64,000 nt of DNA from Octopus vulgaris (lineage: Eukaryota). The notes under the pieces are model-generated. The model was not told the DNA's origin, searched no databases, and was given only the letters and a program-made list of their open reading frames with translations. Where the stretch lies: assembly GCA_951406725.2 (NCBI GenBank), contig OX597817.1:52080001-52144000 (forward strand), written 5' to 3'. The position numbers and the translations under genes were made by a program. This document shows, one piece after another, positions 1 to 12,630 of the stretch. Each line of letters begins with the position of its first letter. The first letter of the stretch is position 1.

Positions 1-1289
1 CTTACACAATTCAAGAACGGGCATTAAACATGAAACCCCCTTCGAAAATTACAGCCTGTATTAAGAACGAGTTGACATAAAAATGCGGTTTTTATTAACC
101 ATTACATAAATATTAAACTGATAATAAAACTTGATAAATATATTTTTGCAATTATATTTGGATCGTAAATGCATGACACTATAAAGCTTACAATAAAATT
201 TAAATGACGGTAGAGTCGGCCCCTGTTATGCTAACGCTTTCAATAAAAATTATATATAAACAAGATCTATTTTTAAAGTTTACAATTAAACGAAAGCTAC
301 GTTTAGAATACAATTAGAGCATTTAGATTTTATTTTTGTCACACAGCATACATAAAACGTAATTTTTACACAAGCATACATAAAACAAAATTTCTGCTGG
401 GTACATTTACTTTTCTGAAAGGAAAAACAGAGCAAGTGCGACATTTTAAAACACTTAGATTCATTAAATGTGAACATACTTGAGATGTGTTAATAAGATT
501 ATAATTATCCAAATGTTAGAAATCAATAAATCAATAATTGATACCTTACCTTGTAGTATATAGTCCGGTTTCTTTCGCCCTGAGTTTAAATCCCGTAGGG
601 TTAACTGTGCCTTTTTGTTCTTTTTTCTTTCTTTCTTTCTTTCTTTCTTCCTTTCTTTCTTTCTTTCTTTCTTTTTGGGGACGTTAAACTAAATCAACCG
701 TGTACGACGTAACTACAGTTTAGTGCTCCCGCCAAATTTGTTTTCCTTATAATTTTTCTTGGTAATGTATATTTTTCAATGAAACTTTGCATGCATGCGT
801 TTTCGAAGGTGTATTCTACAGTTAAATTTTATGATGGCATTCTTTCGATACGAGTACCGTTTATATCACGTGTATTTGTTTACATTTTAAGAACAAGATC
901 GTCACTTTCCGTAAAATTTCTTTTGACAACGCTCCGGAGAAACTGTTTTCACCTCAATAGACGTCATTGATTGGTTGAAATTGCCGAAATGCAAGAAAAT
1001 AAACAACAAATATCTTACAAACTACAGAATTTTCTCAAGAAAGCCAAGAGAAAAAGATGTTTTGTAAACACATTCTACCAGTATACAAGTTTAAAATTTT
1101 TTAGTTACAAAGAAATTATTTTAAAAATCTGCCGGTCAAAGCGAAAAGATCCCTTTTTTTTTTTTAGAGAGAAAAGATGTCCATATTGAAAAAAAACTTC
1201 CGAGTTTAAGTTTATAGCCTATTACATTCGTTTTAGTCAGAGACAGCCTGACCATGTTCTGGGAGTGTAGTGGGTACGTAGTTACCCGT

Positions 1290-1560
1290 TTCTAGTTCCA
1301 GAAGGAGACAGTGAGACAGTCCGTGGTCAGGTTCCAAATATTCTCAAAGACGCCAAGAAAGGAGATAGAAAATCCTGCTGAAACTATCGTGTAGCCTCTC
1401 AACTTGTTACTGTAGGAAAGATCTTTGCTGGAAAATTCTTGAACCGCTTCCAGATCATCGCAAAAAGAGTCCTTCCAGACTCCCACAGTGGTTTCCGTGC
1501 ATCCTGTGGACCCAAGGACATAATCCCTATACCTTGTTGCGATTACATTACAGATCAAAA
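1290..1560 (+). mobile_element. RTE-clade LINE reverse-transcriptase fragment (degenerate)
   Basis: Translates as KKGDRKSC*NYRVASQLVTVGKIFAGKFLNRF...VLPDSHSGFR, like the KGD...NYRGISLL...LPESQCGFR motif of non-LTR RTs. Confidence 0.8.
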
Positions 1561-1975
1561 GTATTCTGAATGATATTCTGCAATGCATGTAGTCCGCTTA
1601 TCTCAGTCATTTTGTTATGCAAAGATCGCGAGTAAGTACTGAATAGTTTAAGTGGTATCAATTTCTTTTCTTTTTGAAAAGATCCAAAAAGGGATTTTAA
1701 CCTATTGAGTTATAGGGCCTGCTTCTTTTTTCTTTTCCTTTCTTTCTTAATTGTTTTGTCTTTTTTTTTATGGAATTTTCTACACAAATGTAGGTTTATA
1801 TGCTAATTAACGGAAAACGCATTCATTTTTGAGAGAAAACAATAACATTAAAGTTATAAACATTTAAAGATTGAAATTTTCAGTAATTTTAGCCAAATAG
1901 AAGAGTCCACCATTATCAACATATCAGAAATTCCAATTGCCATGTGTTGGCCGTCTAATAGGAAGCGCCCTGGTT

Positions 1976-2049
1976 TATGTATGTATGTATGTATGTATGT
2001 ATGTATGTATGTATGTATGTATGTATGTATGTATGTATGTATGTGTATG
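1976..2049. repeat. (TATG)n microsatellite
   Basis: Direct inspection. Confidence 0.95.
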
Positions 2050-2582
2050 TCAGGTTACTTTCGAGTGCTACTGGTAACATGTAACCCAGTACTACCTGTT
2101 GCATGGTCGGGTCGTCGGCGACTAAACCGGCAACCCCACCAAGCTCGCTTGGTGAGGAGGGTGTTTATTGGTCACCCTGCAGGATGAAAAACAAAACCCG
2201 TCAAAGGGCGGAGGAACTCTTGAGAGTCAACGACCATCCAATAAATGTCTTAAAGCTGTATCATGCACGGAGACATAGAAATAATCGGATTGAATACCCG
2301 ATCGCGCAGTTAAACCATTGGGAGTGAAGGACTCCTAGCCTTTGTCAGGGCATCCTTCTAGGAGAAGGCAACTCAGGTAACTGGGATAACACCGACATAA
2401 AACCTGCGGCTCAGTGGTTACCGATGATGTTGACTTGTTCTTCTTTTCGGATAATGGCTGCTGTTGCTTAGTGAGTGGGATTGGCTCACTTAAAAAAATA
2501 TCTTCTTGCACAGGCATTGCACGATAACAACATTGATTAAGCTTCGTGCAATGGCCATACTCGATAACGAGGGGGCAGCCAC
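2050..2582 (+). mobile_element. Non-autonomous RTE-derived element (5'UTR-like head + LINE 3' tail) between microsatellites
   Basis: Contains gggcatccttctaggagaaggcaactc (RTE 5'UTR-like); its last ~45 nt (ttaagcttcgtgcaatggccatact.gataacgagggggcagcca) match the LINE 3' end at ~32466-32510. Confidence 0.6.
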
Positions 2583-2595
2583 TATGTATGTATTT

Positions 2596-2659
2596 AGGTA
2601 GGTAGGTAGGTAGGTAGGTAGGTAGGTAGGTAGGTAGGTAGACAGACCGACAGACAGAC

Positions 2660-2738
<79 letters not shown>

Positions 2739-2795
2739 CAGACAGACACACAGACACACAGATAGACACACAGATAGACACACTGATAGATAGAT
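2596..2795. repeat. Compound (GGTA)n/(GACA)n/(GATA)n microsatellite
   Basis: Direct inspection. Confidence 0.95.
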
Positions 2796-3607
2796 AAAGA
2801 ATTTCATGAAAGAAAATATATGCAATTGGGGTTAGTGTTTAGGGTTAGGGATCTTTTAGGGGAAAGATCCAAGGTTAGCGTTTAAAACTTAGGTTTAGAG
2901 TTAAGATCTAATATTGAATTTAGGGTTTGCAACTACATCGCAAAATTTCAATGCAAACCTTAATTTGCTTTTGTTGTTCTTTTTTTTTTTCGCTTTGTTT
3001 TCATTTTATTTCATTAAATATTTTCACCTTAGTAACATTTTTATTTCGAACGCGAGAATTGTGATCCGTTTTGAAAAATATTGCAGTGCATCGCGTCACG
3101 TCGGTGTTGATTTCTTTTCTTTAATTTCATAACATTTCGTTACATTTTTTCGTTGTTAAAGGTTCTATAACGTTTGTATTTTTTTCATCAAATGTTTTCA
3201 CCTTTAAAGGTTTCATAACCATTTTATTTTCTTTTATTAAATTCTTTTCGTAAATGATGAAAAAATAGAGTTCTTCATAAGATCGTCAACACATGGCAAT
3301 TGCGATTTCCGACAACGAAGGCTTCTGATGAGCTAAACTTACTAAATTTCTATCTTAAAAGATTAGTGATTTTTCCTTATTAATTTTTCCAAAAAACAAA
3401 TCATTATGATTTTCTTTAATTGGCACGAGTAGATAATTACAAAATCATCTGGCTCTGTAACCCAAATGAAAATGATCAAAAAGTTAATTCATTTAAAGAG
3501 AAAGAAACATTTCACCAATGTAATCGTTATTTACACCTTTGAAAACGTTTCTATGCATAATTCCTTTAGAAAAATATACATTACAATCGTCACAATATAT
3601 AAACTTA

Positions 3608-4003
3608 CTGGCAGTATCGCCCAGCGTTGCTCCAGTTTATTTCGACCCTTTAGAATTGGAATTTTTGAAAAGTAAAAAATATGCATTATGTAGCTTGTTA
3701 TTCTCTTTAAGTGAACATTTTTCTGGTTGAAATACACCGAAAAATGGCGACACAGCAGTCAAAACATCGTAAAAAATAGGGATTTTCATAGAAAAAAAAG
3801 CATGTTTTTGATGTAAATAATTTTTGGTATTAACATGGTCCGATTTGAATTTTTTTTTCTTCTACGGAAGGAAGAGCAAGCCTTCTTCTATCATACTCTC
3901 AATTTTGGTCAACTTGCGCCGCAGGGTCTCGGAGGAGATAGTGTTAGTTGAAGGCTACCAAACCTGCCACACACAGACAACTTTAGCTTTATATAGAGAG
4001 AGA
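3608..4003 (-). mobile_element. Non-autonomous Helitron, family H1
   Basis: Near-identical to 7731-8122 and 21934-22321; 5' TC, 3' hairpin and CCAG (mutated CTAG). Confidence 0.75.
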
Positions 4004-7000
4004 TTGGGCAATATTTACTGTCAGTGTGAAATTAGCTGGGAAAATAAGTCGCGGCTTCGTTAGGGCCGACAAGATCGGTGATTCTGAACAAATGTCGTTA
4101 CACATAAGACAGAAAGTTCATGTATATTTCCTTTATGAGGATTCCCGGACAGTTTTTTTTTTTATTTAAACATGCATTTTAGTAGTAAAGATTTAATTAA
4201 AGTGAGGCCATTTCAAAAGATCTGAAAATCTTATTTCAATTAGTCTTTTTAAGCTTTGTTGTATAGCGTTTTCAATGTTTCTAGAAGAAAAAATTGTGAT
4301 TATAAAACCTATTCTTAAACGGTCCTGCCCGTAACACTTCAGGTTCACTTTCTCATTTTCTCTCTGCAAGATATCGCGTAAATTCGAGCTTGGAGAATCA
4401 TGAGATGTAACAGGTTTTAAATATTTACAATATACCATGTGTTCCAACAGCGCTCCGATGACTGCATGGGGATTCGATCGTCTAACATATAACGAACGAT
4501 ATATATCCGTAATATATATGCATTTGTGCACAAGGCCGGAGTAGAGCCAACTGTTACCCTGTGCGTTCTCCATATGTCCATTCTTAGACAAGAAAAGTAT
4601 ATACAAGTTTATAACATAGTAAACCTAAATCTGACACTGAAAAAAGCTATAATACCCCAACCTTCCGTTGATGTCCTAGATACGTGATTATATTGTGAAA
4701 TGGTTAATCTGGGTCTATTTGTATACACATACATACTCAAATATATACGAGTTTAAAATTGACCTAAGAAAGGAAAAAACTATATACACTGCTTTAAGAC
4801 AATGCATTGGTGTTACTCCATCGGATTTATGGGTGATACTAAACCCGTACTCTTGTATGCAAACTGATTCTCCTACCTGTGTTAGGACTGTATCATAAGA
4901 ATACATAGAATATGCGTTTATTTAGTGCATGATGATAAAATAGGGAAGCAGGCTTCGATTCACTATAGTTGTTCCGATGCTTACTGAATCTTTCATCTAT
5001 ACTACGAAATGATCCTCCTATATATGTTTCAGAGAGGTCTGTACGTGAAACTTCTTATTACTTTATACAATATACTATATTCTTGACATTGAATATTCAG
5101 TGTAGACTATGGGTGCCTAAGAAATGCAGTGAGATCACAGGAAAGACTGGCAGAGAAAGACTTTGTTTATAGTAGATGCACAATAATAGTTAGTTTTAAG
5201 AGCATCCATGATATAAATTCATGCAAATGCTCTGAAGGCTCCCGGTAGCTAGTGGAAATTTTTCAGAGAGCGTTTGCCCTTATTGGCAATACAGAGGTTA
5301 TCTCTTTGGTCGAATGACAGATTGTATTCTATTGGTGTACGAAATATAGCGTTTTATAATAGCGAAACCTGAACAGATACTGAATGCGAAGAATGTGCAA
5401 AAGCTGGAAAGAAATGAGACGATCATTATCCCAGTAGCATAGTTGGGAACGGGGAAGATAAAGGTTGTATTGAAATAAAAGACTGTATTGAAAATAATGT
5501 CGAGACATTAGTCTTAGTTTTCAATTTAGAGTAACCTTAACAACGGCATATATCAAGGACATGCTGTGAATATTTGTACTGAGTAGACAGTCAGGTAATT
5601 TTTGTATTATAAATTGACAATAGAAACATATTCGCTATCTATAAAAAAATGTTTATATAATATTTTTAAAGTAATTTACTGTCGTGTAGAGCTGAAGTCT
5701 TTCAATGATATTTGGCTTTCATAATGCGCAACAGTTCTCTCGTGTTTACTTAAAGCAGACAAATTAAAGTAAATATTTTTCTATGGTGGCACAGACAAAG
5801 CAATAAATAATCTTTTGTTCTATATGCATAAGGCTTAAAATTTTGATGGTGGGGGTCTAGTCAACTGATACTTATTTTATCGATCCGAAAGTATAAAAGG
5901 TAAAGTCAACCTTGGCGGAATTTGAGCTTAGAACGTAAAGATGGACGATATATCATTAAGTATTTTGCCAAGCGTGCTTACGATTCTGCAAACTCGTCGC
6001 CTTAGAAAGCAGAATAAATAATAAGCACGAAGAATATTTGGTTAAAAAGCAATATGGTGAAAAAAAATTCGAAGGCTGCCCGTAAGACACCAACACAGAT
6101 TTTCTGAGAATATGACAGACGTGCTGTCGACCCTACTGCCATCTCTACTGCTCCGCCACTGCATTCTTTACTTGATGCGAAATATTTGTGTACATCAACG
6201 ACGGTGAAGAAACGAGCTGACAGAAAACTAGGTATGAAAAGGATCAGATGGAGCAGCGTTATGAGAGAAGACTGCGCTGACATGGACGTGTGATATGTAC
6301 ATATGAGGGACGTATTAGGGAAAAGGGGTACCAAACGATCAATGTGGAAGAAACCAGCCGGAGATTCATTTTAATCTGCTAACTCGCGGTTTACTCTTCC
6401 CTGCTACAAACTACACCTCACGTGATCATGTAAAAGACCAGACTATAAGATGCTGTTATGCATCGCTGATCACAATGCACTTTGCACTGTTTTAACTTTC
6501 GAATGATGGCACCCCGCTGCCCGGGCGAGCAGGTCAACATTCCTCCTTGATCGGAAAGGCTGCTCCATCGCAGTATCAACTGGAGCAACTTGAAATGAAG
6601 CGTTTTGCGCAATAACACAATGCACCGCTCGGTCTGGAAGTCGAACCTACTATCTTGTAATTATGGAGTACAACACCCTAACCACTAGGCCACGCGTCTT
6701 CACACATATCATTTATATCATAAGGTTTTTGTTTTCATATATGACATATAAACATGTACGTCTTTTAGAACATAGAACATAGAACATTTTATAAGGTTTT
6801 GCTGGCAAATGTTTTAATTAACATAAACATTTATTTACATGAAAGAAAATTACCGGAAAACTTTCGTCTACTTCTTCTAAGTCTTTCTGTTAGAACTGTA
6901 TTGAAACCATTTGTAGGTATTTTTTTTATTTATATAGCATATTTAATTGCTTTGCATTCTACTTCTTACATGGGTTGTATTTAACCCATTCGCAGTTCTT

Positions 7001-7730
7001 CCACATATAAAAGCCAATGATCTACTACCATCCGGTATCGAATTTCTTGCAATTCCTTCACAGTCAGCTTTTGCTACCAAAAGAGAACCTCTTTGTTGTC
7101 ATTTTATCCATCAAGGATTGGCTTAGATTCGATTTACAAACCTTTAGATCCATTTGCATTGGATCTCGGCATTTTCGCCAACAAAACGTTGCTACAAAAT
7201 TATAAACTTCTTGAACGTATCGTGTCTCTTCCTTACTCTAATACCTCTACTGCCATCTTAATCAGCACTAATTAGATTACCTGAGTAACAGAAACTACTA
7301 ACCTCACCTGTGCACTTATCATCCGCAATCTTAGTTCTCTACCGGCTTGCCAGATATCACACTGCGTCCGTGTCAGCTTGCCAAGTGTCTGCTAACGTTG
7401 AGTATACAGCACGGAGTTCCCACCTACTCTCTTCCAACATTATACAACGATACTTCGCAGAGAGTAATAGTACGAGCAAGCTGCGCTGAGGAAACATTTA
7501 TAGAATTAATTTACTTCTGGCTTATCTGAAAAAAGGCAAAGGAAGAGACGCCTAGAAAAAACGGCAACGCATTGAGTTATACATGTGGTTTGTGAAATGT
7601 GACTGTTGGAGTATCGGCAGAGGAAAATGTCGCCTTTTCAGTTGATAAATTAATATCCCAACGCTACATGTATTGCGTATTTGCGATGTTTCGTACGTTT
7701 GAAGCAGTCCATTGCAAAGAAATATATAAA

Positions 7731-8122
7731 TCTTTCTACATATAAAGCTGAAGTTGTCTGTATATGGCAGGTTTGTAGCCTTCAGCTAACACTATCTCCT
7801 CCGAGACCCTGCGGCGCAAGTTGACCAAAATTGAGAGTATGATAGAAGAAGGCTTGCTCTTCCTTCCGTAAAAGAAAAAAATTCAAATCGGACCATGTTA
7901 GCACCCAAAATTATTTACATCAAAAAGGTGCTTTTTTTCTATGAAAATCCCTATTTTTTACGATGTTTTGACTGCTGTGTCGCCGTTTTTCTGTGTATTT
8001 CAGCCAGAAAAATGTTCACTTAAAGAGAATAACAAGCTAAATAATGCAAAATTTTTACTTTTCAAAAATTCCAATTCTAAAGGGTCGAAACAAACCCGAG
8101 CAACGCCGGGCGATACTGCTAG
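7731..8122 (+). mobile_element. Non-autonomous Helitron, family H1
   Basis: Starts A|TCTTTCTACATATAAAG, ends cccgagcaacgccggg hairpin + gatactgCTAG|T; A/T insertion site, no TSD. Confidence 0.8.
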
Positions 8123-8232
8123 TAAACAATAATAAATACATAACATATGATAGATGATGTAATAGAAATAATGTAAGCCAGAACAGATGATATCAGAAGC
8201 ATTACATTATATACTTGCTCACTCACTCGTCG

Positions 8233-8296
8233 AGCAGAATGGCACAGTGGAAAAGCGTGCTGTGCTCATAGCTCAGAGGTCCGTAGATCGAAACTA
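8233..8296 (+). pseudogene. tRNA-iMet(CAT) pseudogene
   Basis: agcagaatggcacagtggaaaagcgtgctgtgctCATagctcagaggtccgtagatcgaaacta aligns by eye to eukaryotic initiator tRNA (AGCAGAGTGGCGCAGCGGAAGCGTGCTGGGCCCATAACCCAGAGGTCGATGGATCGAAACC), with the initiator-type GATCG T-loop; 3' acceptor strand missing. Confidence 0.75.
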
Positions 8297-9661
8297 ATAT
8301 TTTTGATATTTATACATTGTAATTGAGGAAAACCTGGTGTTGTTTGACCAGAGGCGAGGATGTGTGCTCTTTGATAGCTTTCAATCCTCTGCGGTTATTC
8401 ATTGCTTACTTGTGGTAAGAGGCGAGACGCGTGTGCTCTGGTGGCCTTCGAACCTCTGCGACTGCCCCTTGCGGGCTTTGCGTTAATACTAAGAAAAGCG
8501 CGTGAAAAGGTCATAGAATATTCGACTAAGTTCTATATGGCATGATATCACTGCAAGCTGATTGGCTAATAATCAGGGCGAGTATCCTGACTTGTAAGTG
8601 GACTTGACCCAACGGCCAAGGTTGTCAGGTTTCGATTCTTAGTCTCACTACACAAGGTGAAAGGGTCACCAAAACCCAAGTAGCATATTGAACAGAGACA
8701 ATAACAGGACTTTTCGCTTAGAGTATAGGATTTTATGCCTTGTTATTAACTAGCAATATGAACCCCTTGGCTTTTTAACAATAGAATATTTGACAAAGCA
8801 TCGGCAGTTGTAAGTTACTGAAAACAACCAGTTTTGAAGTCACATGTTATTCCCGCTCAGAACTATGGTAAACAATAGTGGGCTCAAAACAGCGCCTTGG
8901 TAGACTGTACAATTCTTGACTTTAAATACATTGCTAAACCTAACCTTATTTATAGTAACCTCTATCGTATTGAAGGCTTTCGCTAGCTATTCGCCTACAC
9001 CTAGTTCGTTTAGTACTCTCAAGTGTGAAGGTGTGCGGCCTAGTGGTTATGATGTTGGTTCACGGTAATAAGATCGCGGGTTCGATTCTAGATCGAGTGT
9101 TATGCTTTTGAGTAAGACACTTCAATTTAGGTTGCTTCAGTCTGCACAGCTGAAAATTAATGGCGGCGGCTGTAGCTGGTGGTAGTGTATGGCTGGGTAA
9201 CTTTTCGAGAGCCTCACGTCCCGTCCAGTAGAGATCTTGCACTTTCAGTCGCTTATAAACTTCGAAAACCGGGATAAGCCCCGGCTAAGTGACTCTGTAG
9301 GGTTGAGGCAAACAGACTACAAAAAAAGAGAGCATTTGTGTAACTAGAATGTGGGCAGCCCTTGAATTTTCTGTTGCCTCTTATACAAGCTTATACAGCT
9401 GATGCCACAGTGTCATCCAGAGCGGAGTGACCCCATCGCCTCGTCCAAGATCCTCTACTGTGGGAGACCTGGTCAAAAGCCTGTGTATGTCCGCTGGTAT
9501 GCGTATGTGTGCGCGAGTGTATGTATGTGTATGTACGAGAGTTGATATTGTTTAAACCCATGTCAGCTTTGCCCCATCAGACTTAAAATCAAATATTTTC
9601 AAGCATGACAGTTCCAACTGTTACTCTGGTAGAATGTATTTCTCATTTCGTTTCTCAAATT

Positions 9662-9915
9662 ATCTCGAGGACGGAGCGAAACGGATGACCGACGTGATCC
9701 GAAAGCACAAATTCCGCTGGGCCGGACATATCGCAAGGTTCACAAGCAATAGGTAGACTTGTACAGTCACTGAGTGGCATCGAAAAGATCCAAAAAAGTC
9801 ACTTGGAAGGCCTTCACGACGATGGGAAGACAATTTAGTAAAGTGGCTTGGGTTAAGATGAAAAAAATGGTACAATCAAGACAGAATTGGAAGCGCATTA
9901 TGACCAGCAGTGTAT
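9662..9915 (+). mobile_element. RTE-type LINE ORF C-terminal fragment
   Basis: KHKFRWAGHIARFTSNR*...EWHRKDPKKSLGRPSRRWED: WAGH.AR and GRP..RW.D motifs, with in-frame stops. Confidence 0.82.
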
Positions 9916-10105
9916 AAGGGCATCTGATGGTCTAAGCCATCTGGTGTGGCGTACCGGCAGCTTTTTTTCCCCAATGTGCCACGGACCGGTAATATTTCTT
10001 AGTAATATTAATTTATACCGAAACAATATATATAATGAACATAATAAAAGTTGACAACTGCTTTTTTATCGTATATTTATTTTGTAAATTAATAATACAA
10101 TATTA

Positions 10106-10493
10106 TTGGGTTGTACGGAAAGTTCGTGCCGATTTTTAAAGGAAAGAAAAAGGTCAATAAATACTTGCCATTACATTTTTAATCGACCAAATATGAACCA
10201 TTTTGCTACACAATGCGTCTCCATCTTTCCTTCAACTTGAAAATACCCTCTTCCCAGAATTGAGGTGGTTTCATGGCAAAGAATTCATCAACTATCTTTT
10301 TACGTCATCCAAGGAATTGAAATTTTTACCATTAAGACTATTGTGCAGAGACCTGAATAAGGGAAAATCCGAAGGAGCAATATCTGGTGAATATGGAGGG
10401 TGGGGTAACATATCCCAGCCGAGCTGCGGCAATTTTTGTCTGGTTCCCAAAGAAACGTGCGGTCTTGCATTATCATGTTGGAAATTATGTGAT
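10106..10493 (-). mobile_element. Mariner (D,D34D) transposon 3' fragment with one TIR
   Basis: QHDNARPH...[13 protein letters not shown] with 34 residues between the two Asp; TIR ttgggttgtacggaaagttcgtgccgattt next to TA. Confidence 0.92.
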
Positions 10494-10656
10494 ATTATGA
10501 TAATGTATTTAGGACTTACGGAAATGTACTTGCATAGTAAGTGACCTGATCTGAGATTGTGTGCTGGAACGAATACAATTGCAGTGTGGAAGGTGTTTAT
10601 AAGCCATTTAAGAAACAAACAAAAACCGTTAGATTCACTTCAACATTTAAATTTAA

Positions 10657-10707
10657 TTTGTCAAAATATTTTCGTCGCTTTGAGACCGCGACCTGGTCAC
10701 TGACAAA
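10657..10707 (-). ncRNA. Hammerhead-like motif with G3-C8 covariant core
   Basis: tttgtca-GTGACCA-g-gtcgc(ggtctcaaa)gcgac-GAAA-atat-TT-tgacaaa. Confidence 0.5.
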
Positions 10708-11139
10708 ACTTCGTGCTGCATCTCTTTAGGACTACGTTATCTGATGTATCGTCCTTCCTTGTTTTAAAAGCGATGGGCTGAGATTTTAAGGAAATTTGGT
10801 TGCTATTTCTAACAGATCGCGGGAACATGCATAAGATTCATTGAGTCAAAAACAGCTGTAGCCAATGCAAAGCAGGGACAGCTCTCTTGGTAAGCTGAGA
10901 CTCTATGTAATCTTCCTGTTAACAGCTTATTCACGTACACCTCTAATGTTATTGACGAAAAGGCATACTGGCTGCCATCTCCTAAACAAGGAAGTTAACA
11001 TGGCTGGTTGTCCATCGACTGGCATGTTGGATCATGAACTGCAGAGCAATGATTTATATCAATTAGATTAGTTGTGCTTTAAATAGATAAGGGAAAAGAT
11101 TGCAAGACGCAACGAAAATTTTAGGAAATATAAATAAAT

Positions 11140-11306
11140 AGGCGCAGGAGTAGCTGTGTGGTAAGTAGCTTGTTTACCAACCACATGATTCCGGGTTCAG
11201 TCCCACTGCGTGGCATCTTGGGCAAGTGTCTTCTATTATAGCCTCGGGCCGACCAAAGCCTTGTGAGTGGATTTGGTAGACGGAAACTGAAAGAAGCCCG
11301 TCGTAC

Positions 11307-11369
<63 letters not shown>

Positions 11370-11582
11370 TGTGCGTGTGTGTGTTTGTCCCCCTAGCATT
11401 GCTTGATAACCGATGGTGGTGTGCTTGTCCCCGTCACTTAGCGGTTCGGCAAAAGAGACCGATAGAATAAGTACTGGGCTTACAAAAGAATAAGTCCCGG
11501 GATTGAGTTGCTCGATTAAAGGCGGTGCTCCAGCATGGCCGCAGTCAAATGACTGAAACAAGTAAAAGAGTAAAAGAGAGAG
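11140..11582 (+). mobile_element. tRNA-derived SINE family A, full-length (many other copies, e.g. 22693-23062, 23250-23620, 29457-29853, 31035-31435, 39222-39385, 58038-58137)
   Basis: A-box/B-box-like head (gctgtgtggtaag ... gggttcagtccc), internal (AT)n/(GT)n, (GTAAAAGA)n tail; >20 homologous copies on both strands. Confidence 0.9.
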
Positions 11583-11658
11583 TAAGTAAATGAGTGGAAA
11601 CTTTACCGGTGAGTGTGTTAAATAATAAGGCACTAAAAAAGAATGACTCCCTCCAGAC

Positions 11659-11726
<68 letters not shown>

Positions 11727-11822
11727 CGGGAAGGTTTACGAAAATAAACGAAAGACGAAGGCAGGTGGAGTACAAACAAACAAATGTATTAGTATGGCGC
11801 TCAGGAATAGAAATAGAACAAG

Positions 11823-11860
11823 TCTTTTACGTTTCGAGCCTACGCTCTTCGACAGAAAGA
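11823..11860 (-). ncRNA. Minimal hammerhead-like motif with CUGUNGA core (also 19125-19162, 37380-37417)
   Basis: tcttt-CTGTCGA-a-gagc(gtag)gctc-GAAA-cg-TA-aaaga. Confidence 0.45.
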
Positions 11861-12090
11861 TACACAGAAAAAAAACAAGGAGAGAAAAAAAATGCGTGTA
11901 GGAGCTAACGATCTAACATGGCGTTCTACTCTTTTACTCTTTTACCGAACCGCTAGTTACTGGGACGTAAACACACCAGCATCGGTTGTCAAGCGATGTT
12001 GGTGGGACAAAACACAGACACACAAACACACATACACACACGTACACACACACACACACACATACATACATACATACATACATACATACA

Positions 12091-12178
<88 letters not shown>

Positions 12179-12406
12179 AAATAAGAAAATGGAGAAATAC
12201 ATCGAAATCAAATATCAATTACCAGATAATACTCAATCACATACTTTATTGAACCACTACATAAGAAACTATAAGGTTGAACATAATAATGCAGGGTAAA
12301 GCAGTGTACATGAAGGAGTGTACATAAAATAGTAATGTTATACAATAAGTAGAATACGTATAATAGAACATAACTATAAGTACACATAAATATAAATATA
12401 GACTAT

Positions 12407-12533
12407 ATCTTACAGCTGTTTCGGCCATGTAGATAAGCATGTCTCATTCAACTCATATTAGCCAATTATGGTAGGTCAATATGTAGTTATAAATGAGACA
12501 TTTACAAAAACATCCTAAGGCCTCTTCGGAGAT
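12407..12533 (-). ncRNA. Hammerhead-like motif with CCGAAGA (U4C) core
   Basis: atct-CCGAAGA-ggcc...ggcc-GAAA-cagctg-TA-agat; long stem II containing tgtctcatt/aatgagaca. Confidence 0.55.
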
Positions 12534-12630
12534 TACAAATTAGATTACATATATACTTATAAAGGTGTGGGTATATGTTATTATTAGACTCCCAAAAATT
12601 GTGATACAAGTCTTTGGTGTAGCAATTGCA

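Noticed and set aside
2825-2930. TTAGGG-like motifs
   Set aside because: Only a few degenerate units; not a telomeric array.
3320-3360. CTGATGAG hammerhead core
   Set aside because: No matching stem II + GAAA or stem I found.
5280-5530. Vague rRNA-like appearance
   Set aside because: No conserved SSU/LSU signature could be matched.
6020-7420. Traces of LINE RT-like peptides on both strands (e.g. FCYSGNLIS on the minus strand)
   Set aside because: Too degenerate to delimit or classify confidently.
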